64,000 nt of DNA from the NCBI GenBank assembly GCA_018302985.1, contig JAGVZA010000005.1:10281-74280 (forward strand), given 5' to 3'. The stretch is from Candidatus Woesearchaeota archaeon (lineage in GTDB: Archaea; Nanobdellota; Nanobdellia; SCGC-AAA011-G17; UBA489). The translations under genes were made by a program, and so were the position numbers. Under the pieces are notes generated by a model. The model did not search any database, had not been told where the DNA came from, and worked only from the letters and a program-made list of their open reading frames with translations. Shown here one piece after another: positions 44,196-53,320 of the stretch. Every line of letters starts with the position of its first letter. Position 1 is the first letter of the stretch.

Positions 44196-47100
44196 GATGA
44201 TGGAAACTTCCTGCGTTTAACTTCTTGGCGCAACCAAGCTTCCCAATCTGCAAAAATGCGTTTATTGTCATAAACATGATGTTGTTCATTGATTTTGTCT
44301 GCGCTTTGATGAAAATAATCATTGCTTTGCACAACAAAAGGTGCTTCAAGAAGTTCTGGAAGTGCATAAGCCTGTGCTGCCTTAAGTAAAGTTTCTTTCA
44401 CTTGTGCGCGCACTAAGACTCCATCCCAGACCGCATCCCAATTGCCTGCCCATTCACGAACATTTGCAGCAATGCTTTTCAAGACTTCGCTATTGCCTTG
44501 TAATAAATCATCTGTAGGTAAAAGTGCATCTTGTTTGCTGTCATATCTGAACAAATCTACAAAGCCGCCTTGCTTTTGTGGATCATCATCCCAATGTTTG
44601 CGTACTTCTGTAATTTGTAAAACTCTTCTCTTGCTGTGTAAGCCATCTGCGCTGCGAACTGGATTGCTAACGATAATAAGATCAACTGCTTTGAAGCTAG
44701 TTTTGGGTACTCCCAAATCATTAACTATTCTATCATAAACAGCATAAGGATGTGCACCATGAATAGTTCCTGCAACAACATTTGCTAAAGCGCCAATTCT
44801 CATCGCTTCAAACAAAGCTTTAGCTTCAAGACTTCTGATTTCTCCAACAATTAAGGAACTATCACCCATACGAAGAGAAGTTCTAATGCCTTCATCAGCA
44901 GCAAGTTCATTGCCTCCGCTCATTAATGCGGCTCGTACTTTCATCGGTTGAATATTATAACCCATATTGCGTAAAGCGTCAATCGGAAGTTCAAGCGTAT
45001 TATGAAGTAAAATATTATTACAAACAAAGTTTTCATAATCTGGAACAGATAAGTCATAGACATATAATTCTGTAGAGGATAGTGGTTCAATCTCTGCAAC
45101 TTCATCCCAAAAAATGTCGGCATGAACTAATTTTTGCAAATTTTGAGTAATGTTAGTTGTTATCTGAACTTGAGTCATTAAAGTTAGGAATTTTCTTCTA
45201 CCGACATTATTATTTCTAGAGATATAATCTTGAGTATTAAAAATTTTATTATCTTTAGTAAGATTAGAAATTTCTTTTTTCAGCTGGAGAGATAGAGGGA
45301 TAATATCAGTAGTGTCATGTGTTGAACGTTTTAAGCAAAGTTTATCTAAACAATTGAGTTTGTAAGATTGTAAAACACCAATATTTTTCTTAAATTCTAT
45401 AAAATCTCTTAATGTGCTAATCCCAGCATTAAAAGTACCGTCTTTCCTTTTTTTTCCTATTCGAAGGGTAATGTCATAACCCAAGAGCAAAGTTTGAAGA
45501 TCTCTTAATAATTGATAAGAGGCTAGAGGAATAACTATTTCATTATCAGAAACACAGCCGTCTCCACTGAAAACTCCCTGAAGAACAAAAGCTATTTGTT
45601 GTTTGGAAAGACTATAAATCCATGAAGGAACTTTCTTAGTATAAGCATCTCCGCGAAGTTCAAGGATGTCTCGAAAAATAAATCTAAGAGTTGTTGAATT
45701 AATCATTAAAGATCCACCATCAGAATGAATCTTAGGGGTCAATTTGAATTGTTTTGCGGCTAAACAAACTATATTACTATCTTCTTCGTCAAAGCTAGAC
45801 ACGATTATAGATCTTTCATCATAACAGCCATCTGCTAGCCATAAGCCAACAAGCATTAAAAATTCAGAATCAAGTCTAATGTCTGTTGGTATTGGTTGGG
45901 AATTTCCAGAGTATTTATAGGATAATTTTTCTTTAAAGGGAGTAAAGTCTATATTTAAGTTCTTAAGGATAACAATAGGCAATTGTCCTAATCTAAGCCA
46001 ACGAGGAGGTATCGAACGTGTATAACCTTGTTCTTTTGCTAATTGTTTAATCTCAGAGTAGTATTTTTTTATAAATTTTTTCAAAGATTCTCCTTGTAAA
46101 ATACCTCTAGGAATTCTATCTAAATAATCTAATAAGTTAATAGTATTCTGAGCATAGTCGTTGAAAGGTATTTTTCGTATGGTAGCTATATGAGATCCTA
46201 TAGATAAATTAACGGGTTTTATTTCTTGAAGTGTGCCTTCGTCACCTAAAGTAAAAAGAGAATGATCTGCAGTAGTTTTAATAATTCGTCCAGTTCGTGT
46301 TTTAATCTGATAAATTTGCTTTTGCACTTTGTGACGAATAAGTTTTGATGGATGTGACCAAGTAAGTTTATTGTCTTTATTGAGAGAAAGAACTTGAATG
46401 GATTCACGATTCCCTAAGACTTCATGGCCTGAAAGATTATACCATGATCCATATTTTTGAATTGAAGAATCTATAAGTTTACCTATAGTGGTTTTTTGTA
46501 TGCAATTTGCTTTTTTGATAAGAATTTCTGAATCACCTGTAACACTGTCTTCAATGGAAATAATTCTATGGGTGCGCATAATTTCTACAAGTGATGCTCC
46601 CAACAAACTAGTCTTACCGCTTCCTCTTGTACCTGCAAATAATAAAGTTCTTCCGCCATCAATAGCAAAACTCAAAACTGCGGCAGCTAAAGGTGTCAGC
46701 ATTTTCTGTTGAATAAATAAAGGCAATGTCCAAGGTTTATCTCTATGTCTACGGAATGCAAAAGACAATCCGACAGGGCTTAAGGGAGTTGTAATAACAG
46801 ATACTCTGCTTCTTGCTCCGGGTATAGACAAGTCCGTATCTAGAACAGGATTTGCTTCATCTAAAGGTCTTCCGCTTAACAAACGCAATTTAGTTGCCCA
46901 ACTATCACTGTCTTCTCTGCTTGGAATAATATTAGTAACACATTCTCCATAATCTTGATGCACTAAGAAGATAGGAGTTTGACCTATAGGTCCATTCACC
47001 ATGATGTCTTGTACCTTTTCGTCTTGTAATAAAATTTCTAAAATGCCAAAACCAACAGTATAGCGCACTAAAATATCTGCTAATAGTGCAATTTGTTTGT

Positions 47101-48040
47101 AGTCAAGGGAAATTTGTTTGTGTTCTACTAGTTCTTGCAATAAATCTCTCCCAATGTTAAAAAACGTTTTTCTCATGCGTTGAGGATCTAAAAATTCTTC
47201 TTGCCGTGGCTTGTGTTCTGCTAAAACATTTCTTGCTAATTCTAAAAGAGTATATTCGTCTTCAGTTAATTTGAATTCTGGAGGATAAAGATGATAAAGT
47301 AATTTAATGTCTCCTGGTATGCGAAAAACAGTAATCTCGCTTTTGCCATTAGAATAGACATCAACTTGTTCTCCATTCAAAGGAGGTTGTGCCATCACCT
47401 GAGTATACATGAAATCGGGAGTCATCAAAGGTCGGAAGAGTTGACGGTAGAAGCTTCTGTCACCTATCTTATAGCCAGCTAATTGGCTGCGAACCACAGC
47501 AACCATCTGTGTAGAATCAAGTAAGGTGAAGAAATATTCTAATAATCCAGCATAACGTTTGCGTAAATGAAGTAAAGGCTGAACAGTTTCTCGTTCTATA
47601 ACTATTTTTTCTTCGCGTAGTAATCTCTGAACTTCAATATAGCAGCCCAAGGGATCATGACGCAATAAATCAAAGACTAAATATTCAAAGAGTGAGTTTT
47701 TTTCTTGAATAAATCCAACATAAGATTCATCAAAACCTAATGCTCCTAAAGTAAAGAGTTTTTTTCCTCGAACTAGATGATCATAGATTTTGGCAATTTC
47801 AACTAGATATTGAGTCTGTTCAGAATTATAAGAGTAGTAACGTCTCTGATGAAAAAACAAACGACTTACTGTAGGGACTTCAACTAATTTGTCAATCGTG
47901 CTTGCCATCACTAGGGGATGGTCTTCTACAGAGGGACTATGGCTCCATTTATTCGCGTCAATGCGTAAAACTTCCTCACTCCCTTCCAAAATAATTTCAT
48001 ATTCACCAGTTTTTTGTGCCTCAGGCATAAAATCTTTCAA
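44192..48040 (-). CDS. type IV pilus/archaellum-family assembly ATPase (GspE/FlaI/VirB11 superfamily), intein-containing precursor (1282 aa; 766-aa extein)
   Basis: Walker A GTRGSGKTS. IED|TLEL is restored after intein removal. Also LIVGEIRSLEA and GTIHGA boxes. Confidence 0.9.
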   Translation of the reverse strand: MKDFMPEAQKTGEYEIILEGSEEVLRIDANKWSHSPSVEDHPLVMASTIDKLVEVPTVSRLFFHQRRYYSYNSEQTQYLVEIAKIYDHLVRGKKLFTLGALGFDESYVGFIQEKNSLFEYLVFDLLRHDPLGCYIEVQRLLREEKIVIERETVQPLLHLRKRYAGLLEYFFTLLDSTQMVAVVRSQLAGYKIGDRSFYRQLFRPLMTPDFMYTQVMAQPPLNGEQVDVYSNGKSEITVFRIPGDIKLLYHLYPPEFKLTEDEYTLLELARNVLAEHKPRQEEFLDPQRMRKTFFNIGRDLLQELVEHKQISLDYKQIALLADILVRYTVGFGILEILLQDEKVQDIMVNGPIGQTPIFLVHQDYGECVTNIIPSREDSDSWATKLRLLSGRPLDEANPVLDTDLSIPGARSRVSVITTPLSPVGLSFAFRRHRDKPWTLPLFIQQKMLTPLAAAVLSFAIDGGRTLLFAGTRGSGKTSLLGASLVEIMRTHRIISIEDSVTGDSEILIKKANCIQKTTIGKLIDSSIQKYGSWYNLSGHEVLGNRESIQVLSLNKDNKLTWSHPSKLIRHKVQKQIYQIKTRTGRIIKTTADHSLFTLGDEGTLQEIKPVNLSIGSHIATIRKIPFNDYAQNTINLLDYLDRIPRGILQGESLKKFIKKYYSEIKQLAKEQGYTRSIPPRWLRLGQLPIVILKNLNIDFTPFKEKLSYKYSGNSQPIPTDIRLDSEFLMLVGLWLADGCYDERSIIVSSFDEEDSNIVCLAAKQFKLTPKIHSDGGSLMINSTTLRFIFRDILELRGDAYTKKVPSWIYSLSKQQIAFVLQGVFSGDGCVSDNEIVIPLASYQLLRDLQTLLLGYDITLRIGKKRKDGTFNAGISTLRDFIEFKKNIGVLQSYKLNCLDKLCLKRSTHDTTDIIPLSLQLKKEISNLTKDNKIFNTQDYISRNNNVGRRKFLTLMTQVQITTNITQNLQKLVHADIFWDEVAEIEPLSSTELYVYDLSVPDYENFVCNNILLHNTLELPIDALRNMGYNIQPMKVRAALMSGGNELAADEGIRTSLRMGDSSLIVGEIRSLEAKALFEAMRIGALANVVAGTIHGAHPYAVYDRIVNDLGVPKTSFKAVDLIIVSNPVRSADGLHSKRRVLQITEVRKHWDDDPQKQGGFVDLFRYDSKQDALLPTDDLLQGNSEVLKSIAANVREWAGNWDAVWDGVLVRAQVKETLLKAAQAYALPELLEAPFVVQSNDYFHQSADKINEQHHVYDNKRIFADWEAWLRQEVKRRKFPSS
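44999..46546 (-). mobile_element. 516-aa intein with a LAGLIDADG homing endonuclease domain (Ser1 ... His-Asn | Thr+1)
   Basis: Block A SVTGDSEILI, block B TTADHSLF, LAGLIDADG motifs LVGLWLADGCY and LQGVFSGDGCV, block F VYDLSVPDYENFV, block G NNILLHN|T. In frame with the host gene. Confidence 0.85.
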
Positions 48041-48151
48041 AAGAACGAAATTTATATACTTTCCTCATGCACGAGAGAAAGGCAGAAAGCTATTTAAAGG
48101 ACGATACCTCCTCACAAAAGAAAGAGGTGAACGAGAGTTCTCCAAACAAGT

Positions 48152-48523
48152 ATGCAAGAAGGGCAAGAAATAACACAGGTCATCGTTGATTTAAACAATC
48201 GTATCAGAACTTTAGAAAACAAATACAATTTGCTCGGTGAAAGATTATTAGTAGTCAATCAAAACATGATCGAAGAGTATAAACGATTGCTTAGAGAGAT
48301 GAAAATAATTAATGAAGATCTAAGAGAAATGCGGCAAGAAACTATGCTCACACAAGACGCAATGAGAAACATGGTCAAAGAAATGGAGTTATTTGCAAAA
48401 AAAGAGCAAGTAAGAGTCCTGGAAAAATATATTGACTTAATTAATCCTATGCGTTTCGTAACGACAGAAGAAGTAGAAAGTCTCATTATACAAAAATCTG
48501 CAGGTGTAAAACGTGGCAAATGA
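48152..48523 (+). CDS. coiled-coil protein, 123 aa
   Basis: Heptad-rich sequence. Divergent from the pilus ATPase promoter. 11-nt overlap with the next gene. Confidence 0.4.
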   Translation: MQEGQEITQVIVDLNNRIRTLENKYNLLGERLLVVNQNMIEEYKRLLREMKIINEDLREMRQETMLTQDAMRNMVKEMELFAKKEQVRVLEKYIDLINPMRFVTTEEVESLIIQKSAGVKRGK

Positions 48524-49148
48524 ACCTCCAACAGAACTAGTCATGAATATGGTAAAGCGTGGAGCTTCGAACAAGCAAATTATAGAGGAATTAGAAAGTC
48601 AGGGTTTCAGCTATGAACAAATTGCAGATGCTTTAACGCAGGCAGAAACAAAGGCAAATATTGAAACGCCCCCAGCACCTACGCCAGCAGGCATGCAACC
48701 ATCTGCTATGTCTATGACTAGACCAATGCCTCCTTCCAATCCTAGTCCTCAAGTAATGCAAGTAAGTTCTCAAATGATGCGTCCTGCAATGACAGCAAGT
48801 AATCCAGGAAATAGGGATACAGAAGATATGATTGAACAAGTTGCAGAGTCTATCATCAATGAGAAATGGCAGAAATTGATGGAGAATATGGGAGACTTAA
48901 ATATGTGGAAGGAAAAAGTAAGAACTGATGTGCTTTCCATCAAGCAAGAATTAGTGCGCTTAGATGCTAAAGTAGAAAGTCTGCAAAAGATAATTATTGG
49001 AAAAGTGCATGATTATGATCAGCACATTACAGAAGTAGGAACAGATATTAAAGCATTGGAAAAAGTATTGCAGAATGTAATCACACCCTTGTCTTCCAAT
49101 GTAAAAGAATTGTCAAGAATTACAGAAAAATTCAAAGCTAAAAAATAA
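48513..49148 (+). CDS. protein with a small N-domain, a Pro/Met-rich linker and a C-terminal coiled coil, 211 aa
   Basis: Linker is PPAPTPAGMQPSAMSMTRPMPPSNPSPQVMQ. C-terminal region is heptad-rich. Confidence 0.4.
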   Translation: MANEPPTELVMNMVKRGASNKQIIEELESQGFSYEQIADALTQAETKANIETPPAPTPAGMQPSAMSMTRPMPPSNPSPQVMQVSSQMMRPAMTASNPGNRDTEDMIEQVAESIINEKWQKLMENMGDLNMWKEKVRTDVLSIKQELVRLDAKVESLQKIIIGKVHDYDQHITEVGTDIKALEKVLQNVITPLSSNVKELSRITEKFKAKK

Positions 49149-49150
49149 AA

Positions 49151-49669
49151 TTATTTTGTTGAGCCTAAGTAACGTACTGTAAAGGCTGCAATCATCAAAA
49201 GGAAAAGACCGCCAAGAACTCTTGGGGAAAAGACAACTCGTTTAGTAGATTCCCAAAATCCTGCTTGCCCGCTCACTTGGAATATAGGTCCGAATGCTTT
49301 TGTTAGGGATATTAAAAAGATAATAAGAAAGATAACAATCATAGTATTATAAAAACCAGGGCTTTTAACAACATGTTTCACTAAATCATCATCTTTTGCT
49401 CCTAAGAACATAAAGAATAGGAAAATCAAGAAGACAAACAAAAACATAATGACTATCATAGGAGTCATAGTTTGCACAACATCTCTTGCTGGTGTAGACA
49501 AGACTATAAGTATCGATAAGGAAAAAGCTGCTATTGCTGCAAGATTCTCAGATTTGTCACCAAAGATCTTGAATTTTTTAATTAAAGCAAAAAAGATAGC
49601 AAACAATAAGATGAATATAAAGATAGGTGTTAAAAACGAGACAATGCTGGTATCGAGAATGGTTGCCAT
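49151..49669 (-). CDS. membrane protein, tandem paralog 3 of 3
   Basis: Shares an N-terminal helix plus a K-x-K-IFG motif (FFALIKKFKIFGD) with the two upstream genes. Confidence 0.5.
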   Translation of the reverse strand: MATILDTSIVSFLTPIFIFILLFAIFFALIKKFKIFGDKSENLAAIAAFSLSILIVLSTPARDVVQTMTPMIVIMFLFVFLIFLFFMFLGAKDDDLVKHVVKSPGFYNTMIVIFLIIFLISLTKAFGPIFQVSGQAGFWESTKRVVFSPRVLGGLFLLMIAAFTVRYLGSTK

Positions 49670-49672
49670 GAA

Positions 49673-50206
49673 TTATTCCTCTTCTTGTTTCTTTGGTTTT
49701 TTACCGGAAGAACTGCTTCCAGGTTCTTTAGTAAGGAAGTAAAGAATAGTTCCTACAATAGCTATTACAACAATCCATTGAGGTATAGTTTCAAAGAAAT
49801 AATAGACAGGATCCCAGCCAAAGCCTTCACTTTCTAGAGGACTTAAAGACCAAATGAGGAAAATAGCAGCTGCTAAAAAAGCTAACCAGCTCCATCCATT
49901 GCTTGCTTCATGAGTTTTTCCTGAAAGGACGCCTGCCAATAATAAAAATAAGACAAAGATGAGTAAGGAAAATGCAACTTTAGGCAAAATAAACTGAATG
50001 CGTTCAATCAAATAAACGTTTTGTAAAAACAGAAGTCCTAGAATTGCAGAAACTAGAACATTAATTTGTTTCTTGCCTTCTCCGAAGATTTTGATCTTTT
50101 CTAAAATAGCAAAACTAATTGCAAAAATAAGTAAGAAGGGAAGTAAAACTCCATAAACACCAATTTCCTGCCATTGCGTTATCACGCTGTAAAGATCGTA
50201 AGCCAT
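49673..50206 (-). CDS. membrane protein, tandem paralog 2 of 3
   Basis: LLPFLLIFAISFAILEKIKIFGEG. Charged C-terminal tail. Confidence 0.5.
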   Translation of the reverse strand: MAYDLYSVITQWQEIGVYGVLLPFLLIFAISFAILEKIKIFGEGKKQINVLVSAILGLLFLQNVYLIERIQFILPKVAFSLLIFVLFLLLAGVLSGKTHEASNGWSWLAFLAAAIFLIWSLSPLESEGFGWDPVYYFFETIPQWIVVIAIVGTILYFLTKEPGSSSSGKKPKKQEEE

Positions 50207-50217
50207 AGTTAAATCAC

Positions 50218-50790
50218 CTAAGTTTTAGATTTGCCTCCACTACCTTCTGCTGATGGGTTGCCTTTGCCTATAACAAACCACATAGCAGCAACTAATAGAA
50301 GTAAAAAGATAACTGAAGTAAAAATAGTGCTACTTTGTGCATCACCTGTAAAGAAGTTTAAAATAGTTCCTAACTGACCAAATGCTGCAAGGAAGATAAT
50401 TAAAACAACTACAATAAGAATAACCATAAAAGTTGCGGTAGGTTTCTTGAATGTTTTGAAAAAGTCAAGTTGACCTTCACCAAAAAAGATGCCTACTAAT
50501 AACATGAAGCTCACAATAATAACTAAGACTAAAGCTACCCAAGGTAAAGCAATTTGGAATGCGCTAACTATGCTCACAGAAGCAGTTACAAAAAAAGCAA
50601 CTGAAAAAGCTACCATAGCGTTCAAATTCTTTCGTGTTTGTTCTTTGTCTTTAGACCCTTCCGTACCGAAGATTTTGGTTTTTTCTAAAACTGCGAATAC
50701 TAAAGTGAAAACTAGTAAAAAAGGTAGAATAACATCGAAAAGTCCAAAGTCTTGCAAGAACTGTATCGCATTCCCTAACGTACTAGCCAT
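50218..50790 (-). CDS. membrane protein, tandem paralog 1 of 3
   Basis: ILPFLLVFTLVFAVLEKTKIFGTEG. Charged C-terminal tail. Confidence 0.5.
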   Translation of the reverse strand: MASTLGNAIQFLQDFGLFDVILPFLLVFTLVFAVLEKTKIFGTEGSKDKEQTRKNLNAMVAFSVAFFVTASVSIVSAFQIALPWVALVLVIIVSFMLLVGIFFGEGQLDFFKTFKKPTATFMVILIVVVLIIFLAAFGQLGTILNFFTGDAQSSTIFTSVIFLLLLVAAMWFVIGKGNPSAEGSGGKSKT

Positions 50791-50888
50791 GAAGAAAACA
50801 AACTGAACCTACTATAAAAACCTTATGATTCTCATAGCTCTGTCCTAAACCTTGATTCTGAAGATTTAAATAATAAATTAAAAGAAAG

Positions 50889-51176
50889 TTATTCTATCCT
50901 TAATCTTTTGAAATGATGGAACATCTTTCCTTTAATGTGGTGGATTTTCCAAACTCCTAAGAATACTGGAACAAAAATAAGAACAATGCCAAGCCAAAGT
51001 GCATTCCAGGGATTTTCTGGTTCAATTAATTTAATGATTGCGCTAATAAACAAAGCAAATCCGAGTGAAAAGCTAAGAACTGCTAAAGTTACATAAAGTT
51101 CAAGAAAGGATTTTTTAGCTTTAACAATGTGTTTATGGATTTTAATAGTCTTAATGAGTCTTTGTTTGGCTTTCAT
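50889..51176 (-). CDS. small membrane protein, 95 aa
   Basis: Two hydrophobic helices with basic termini. Confidence 0.35.
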   Translation of the reverse strand: MKAKQRLIKTIKIHKHIVKAKKSFLELYVTLAVLSFSLGFALFISAIIKLIEPENPWNALWLGIVLIFVPVFLGVWKIHHIKGKMFHHFKRLRIE

Positions 51177-51185
51177 AAAAGAAAA

Positions 51186-51503
51186 TTATGCTTCAGCCAT
51201 ATTCATACCAGAATCACTTTCTGATCTGTTGACTGCAGCATCTTCGCCTTCGGCGCCAGCTGGTATTGCACTCTTGCTGATAATCATTATATCGCCAATT
51301 GCACGAACTAAGCGATGAGGAACTATAACTCCTTTCGCTCCCCCTAATAATTTGTGCAAGGAAGAATTACGAGTTGCTCTAACTCTCCACCCAAAAATTT
51401 TATTCATAGTAAGAATGCATTCTTCAACATCCCCAAAGTACTCACCAGCGTCAGTAAACACCTTCATTTCATAGACATGGGTAATCTTTTTGACTTTGAG
51501 CAT
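51186..51503 (-). CDS. PRC-barrel domain protein
   Basis: VFTDAGEYFGDVEECIL...KGVIVPHRLVRAIGDIMII pattern, typical of archaeal PRC-barrel proteins. Confidence 0.6.
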   Translation of the reverse strand: MLKVKKITHVYEMKVFTDAGEYFGDVEECILTMNKIFGWRVRATRNSSLHKLLGGAKGVIVPHRLVRAIGDIMIISKSAIPAGAEGEDAAVNRSESDSGMNMAEA

Positions 51504-51595
51504 GTATCACCCTCCAGGAGTGTTGTTTTGAATAAAGCGAATCAGCAAGTCAAAGTATATAAAGATTTTCCTTTCTTTAAAGTAGATTTTAAGCC

Positions 51596-52291
51596 ATGAA
51601 AACCTACAAAAATCTTTACTTGATAGGGACGTCCCACATAGCAAAGCAAAGTGTGGAAGAAGTAGAAAAAGTTATTTTAGAAATAAAACCAAAAATTGTA
51701 GCGCTAGAATTAGATAAAAGAAGATTTTTTGCATTGATGCATCCAACAAAAAGAAAAATAAGTCTCGCAGATATAAGAAAGGTGGGCGTTAAAGGATTTG
51801 TATTCCAATTGATAGGGTTCTGGGCAGAAAAAAAGCTAGGAAAGATAGTCGGAGTCCCCCCCGGATCAGAAATGAAGAAAGCAGCAGAGATTGCAGGCAA
51901 AGTAAAGGCAAATCTTGCATTAATAGATGAAGACATAGAAATAGTATTGAAAAGATTTTCAAAGAGAGTCACCTGGAGAGAGAAAGGAAGATTCATTAAA
52001 GAAATACTTTTCAGCTTTGTTTCCAGTAAACAAAAAATAAAAATAGATCTCACAAAAGTGCCTGAAGAAAGAGTAATTAGGCAATTAACAGCGCAAGTTA
52101 GGAAAAGATACCCCTCATTTTACAAAACTATCGTCGAAGAGCGAAATGAGTACATGGCAAAAAACTTATATAAACTAATGAGTATGGAAAAAGAAGAACC
52201 TATTGTCGCTGTTGTGGGTGCAGGTCATGAAAAAGAGTTAATTGATTTGATCAAACATGAAAATAAGCTTCACGAAAAAAGAGATAATTAA
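51596..52291 (+). CDS. TraB/PrgY family protein
   Basis: LIGTSHIAKQSVEEVEKVILEIKPKIVALELDKRR and VVGAGHEKEL. Confidence 0.75.
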   Translation: MKTYKNLYLIGTSHIAKQSVEEVEKVILEIKPKIVALELDKRRFFALMHPTKRKISLADIRKVGVKGFVFQLIGFWAEKKLGKIVGVPPGSEMKKAAEIAGKVKANLALIDEDIEIVLKRFSKRVTWREKGRFIKEILFSFVSSKQKIKIDLTKVPEERVIRQLTAQVRKRYPSFYKTIVEERNEYMAKNLYKLMSMEKEEPIVAVVGAGHEKELIDLIKHENKLHEKRDN

Positions 52292-53021
52292 CTTAATAGT
52301 ATCAGCTCTAGTGCTGGGATTCGTATTTGGTTTCGATGATGGCCATGAATTTTTTGATCTGCAAGTATGGTTTTCAAATTATATGTTTATGGTTGCTTTA
52401 AGCTTAATTTCATTAACAGTCATGGTTTTAGGGCATAAATGGGCTGCAGGACGTTATAGCATACAGACAGAATATAATATCTGGGGAATAAGTCGCTTCG
52501 GATTCAAAGATTATCAGTATATTCACAAAAATAAGCTAATGAATCGTTTTCCTTTAGGAATTATTCTGCCAATATTCATCGCAGTTTTTAGTGAAGGACA
52601 AATATGGTTGGCAAGTGTGGCTATGGTTTTGACATCAGTCAATACTGTGCATCGTATTGGGAAAAAATGGGTGCATGACACTGATTATGAAGAAGCTCGC
52701 ATTATGTTTGCAGGCATTATGGCAACTACTTTGGTGATTATACTTTTTGCTTTTGCTTTTGAAAAAACAGGTGCAGAACTTTGGAAACAATTAATATTTA
52801 TGAATATTGCTTTATTATTAAGTCATATGCTTCCCTTTCCACAGTTAGCTGGAGGAAGAATGTTATTTACATCACTATATCTCTTCACTTTTGCTTTAGC
52901 CATTACAGCAATAACTAGTATATTAGTGCTCTTGATTCCAGCAGTCTCAACCATAATGATTGCTTTCATATTGGCAGTCATGACAGTTATTGGAGTCTAT
53001 TTCAAAAGAGAAGTTAACTAA
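52257..53021 (+). CDS. polytopic membrane protein, 254 aa
   Basis: About 6 TM helices. VLGHKWAAGRY vaguely recalls an M50 HExxH helix but lacks the Glu. Confidence 0.4.
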   Translation: MKISFTKKEIINLIVSALVLGFVFGFDDGHEFFDLQVWFSNYMFMVALSLISLTVMVLGHKWAAGRYSIQTEYNIWGISRFGFKDYQYIHKNKLMNRFPLGIILPIFIAVFSEGQIWLASVAMVLTSVNTVHRIGKKWVHDTDYEEARIMFAGIMATTLVIILFAFAFEKTGAELWKQLIFMNIALLLSHMLPFPQLAGGRMLFTSLYLFTFALAITAITSILVLLIPAVSTIMIAFILAVMTVIGVYFKREVN

Positions 53022-53280
53022 GTAAGCTAATGAGTGATTTTTGGAATAACCAAAGAATAACAATCCAATAAAATAAAGAATAAATGCCTTGTGCTGCCAA
53101 AATTAATAAAACTCCTCCGGCAAGATCAAAAAAAGTGTTAATGCCTCCAAAAAAGAGTAAACCCTTCAAAATCAAGTATCCTGCGAAAAAATAAGCGAAA
53201 GTTTCTCCAATACCATACTTCAGTAAAATAAGTAAAAATGCAGAAAGCAGATCCAGGAAACCAAAAAGCTTAATTATCAT
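53014..53280 (-). CDS. small membrane protein, 88 aa
   Basis: Three hydrophobic helices. Confidence 0.4.
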   Translation of the reverse strand: MIIKLFGFLDLLSAFLLILLKYGIGETFAYFFAGYLILKGLLFFGGINTFFDLAGGVLLILAAQGIYSLFYWIVILWLFQKSLISLLS

Positions 53281-53320
53281 AATTTCCAGCTAGAAGTAAA
53301 CCTATTTAAAACTTAGCACC

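Noticed and set aside
43955-44367. Track ORFs 43955..44173 and 44146..44367 (minus) near the ATPase/platform gene junction
   Set aside because: They overlap the well-supported ATPase C-terminus and platform N-terminus in other frames. Their translations have no features.
52257-53021. Calling the 254-aa membrane protein an M50 site-2 protease
   Set aside because: Only a GHKWAAG segment vaguely resembles the HExxH helix. The catalytic Glu and the second motif are not visible, so it is left as a generic membrane protein.
53292-53301. AGAAGTAAAC next to the hef TATA box as a third full copy of the 16-mer regulatory element
   Set aside because: Only 10 nt match, and the orientation relative to the gene is opposite to the two strong copies. 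An A-rich 10-mer match in 64 kb is close to chance expectation. It is kept only as a caveat in the finding.
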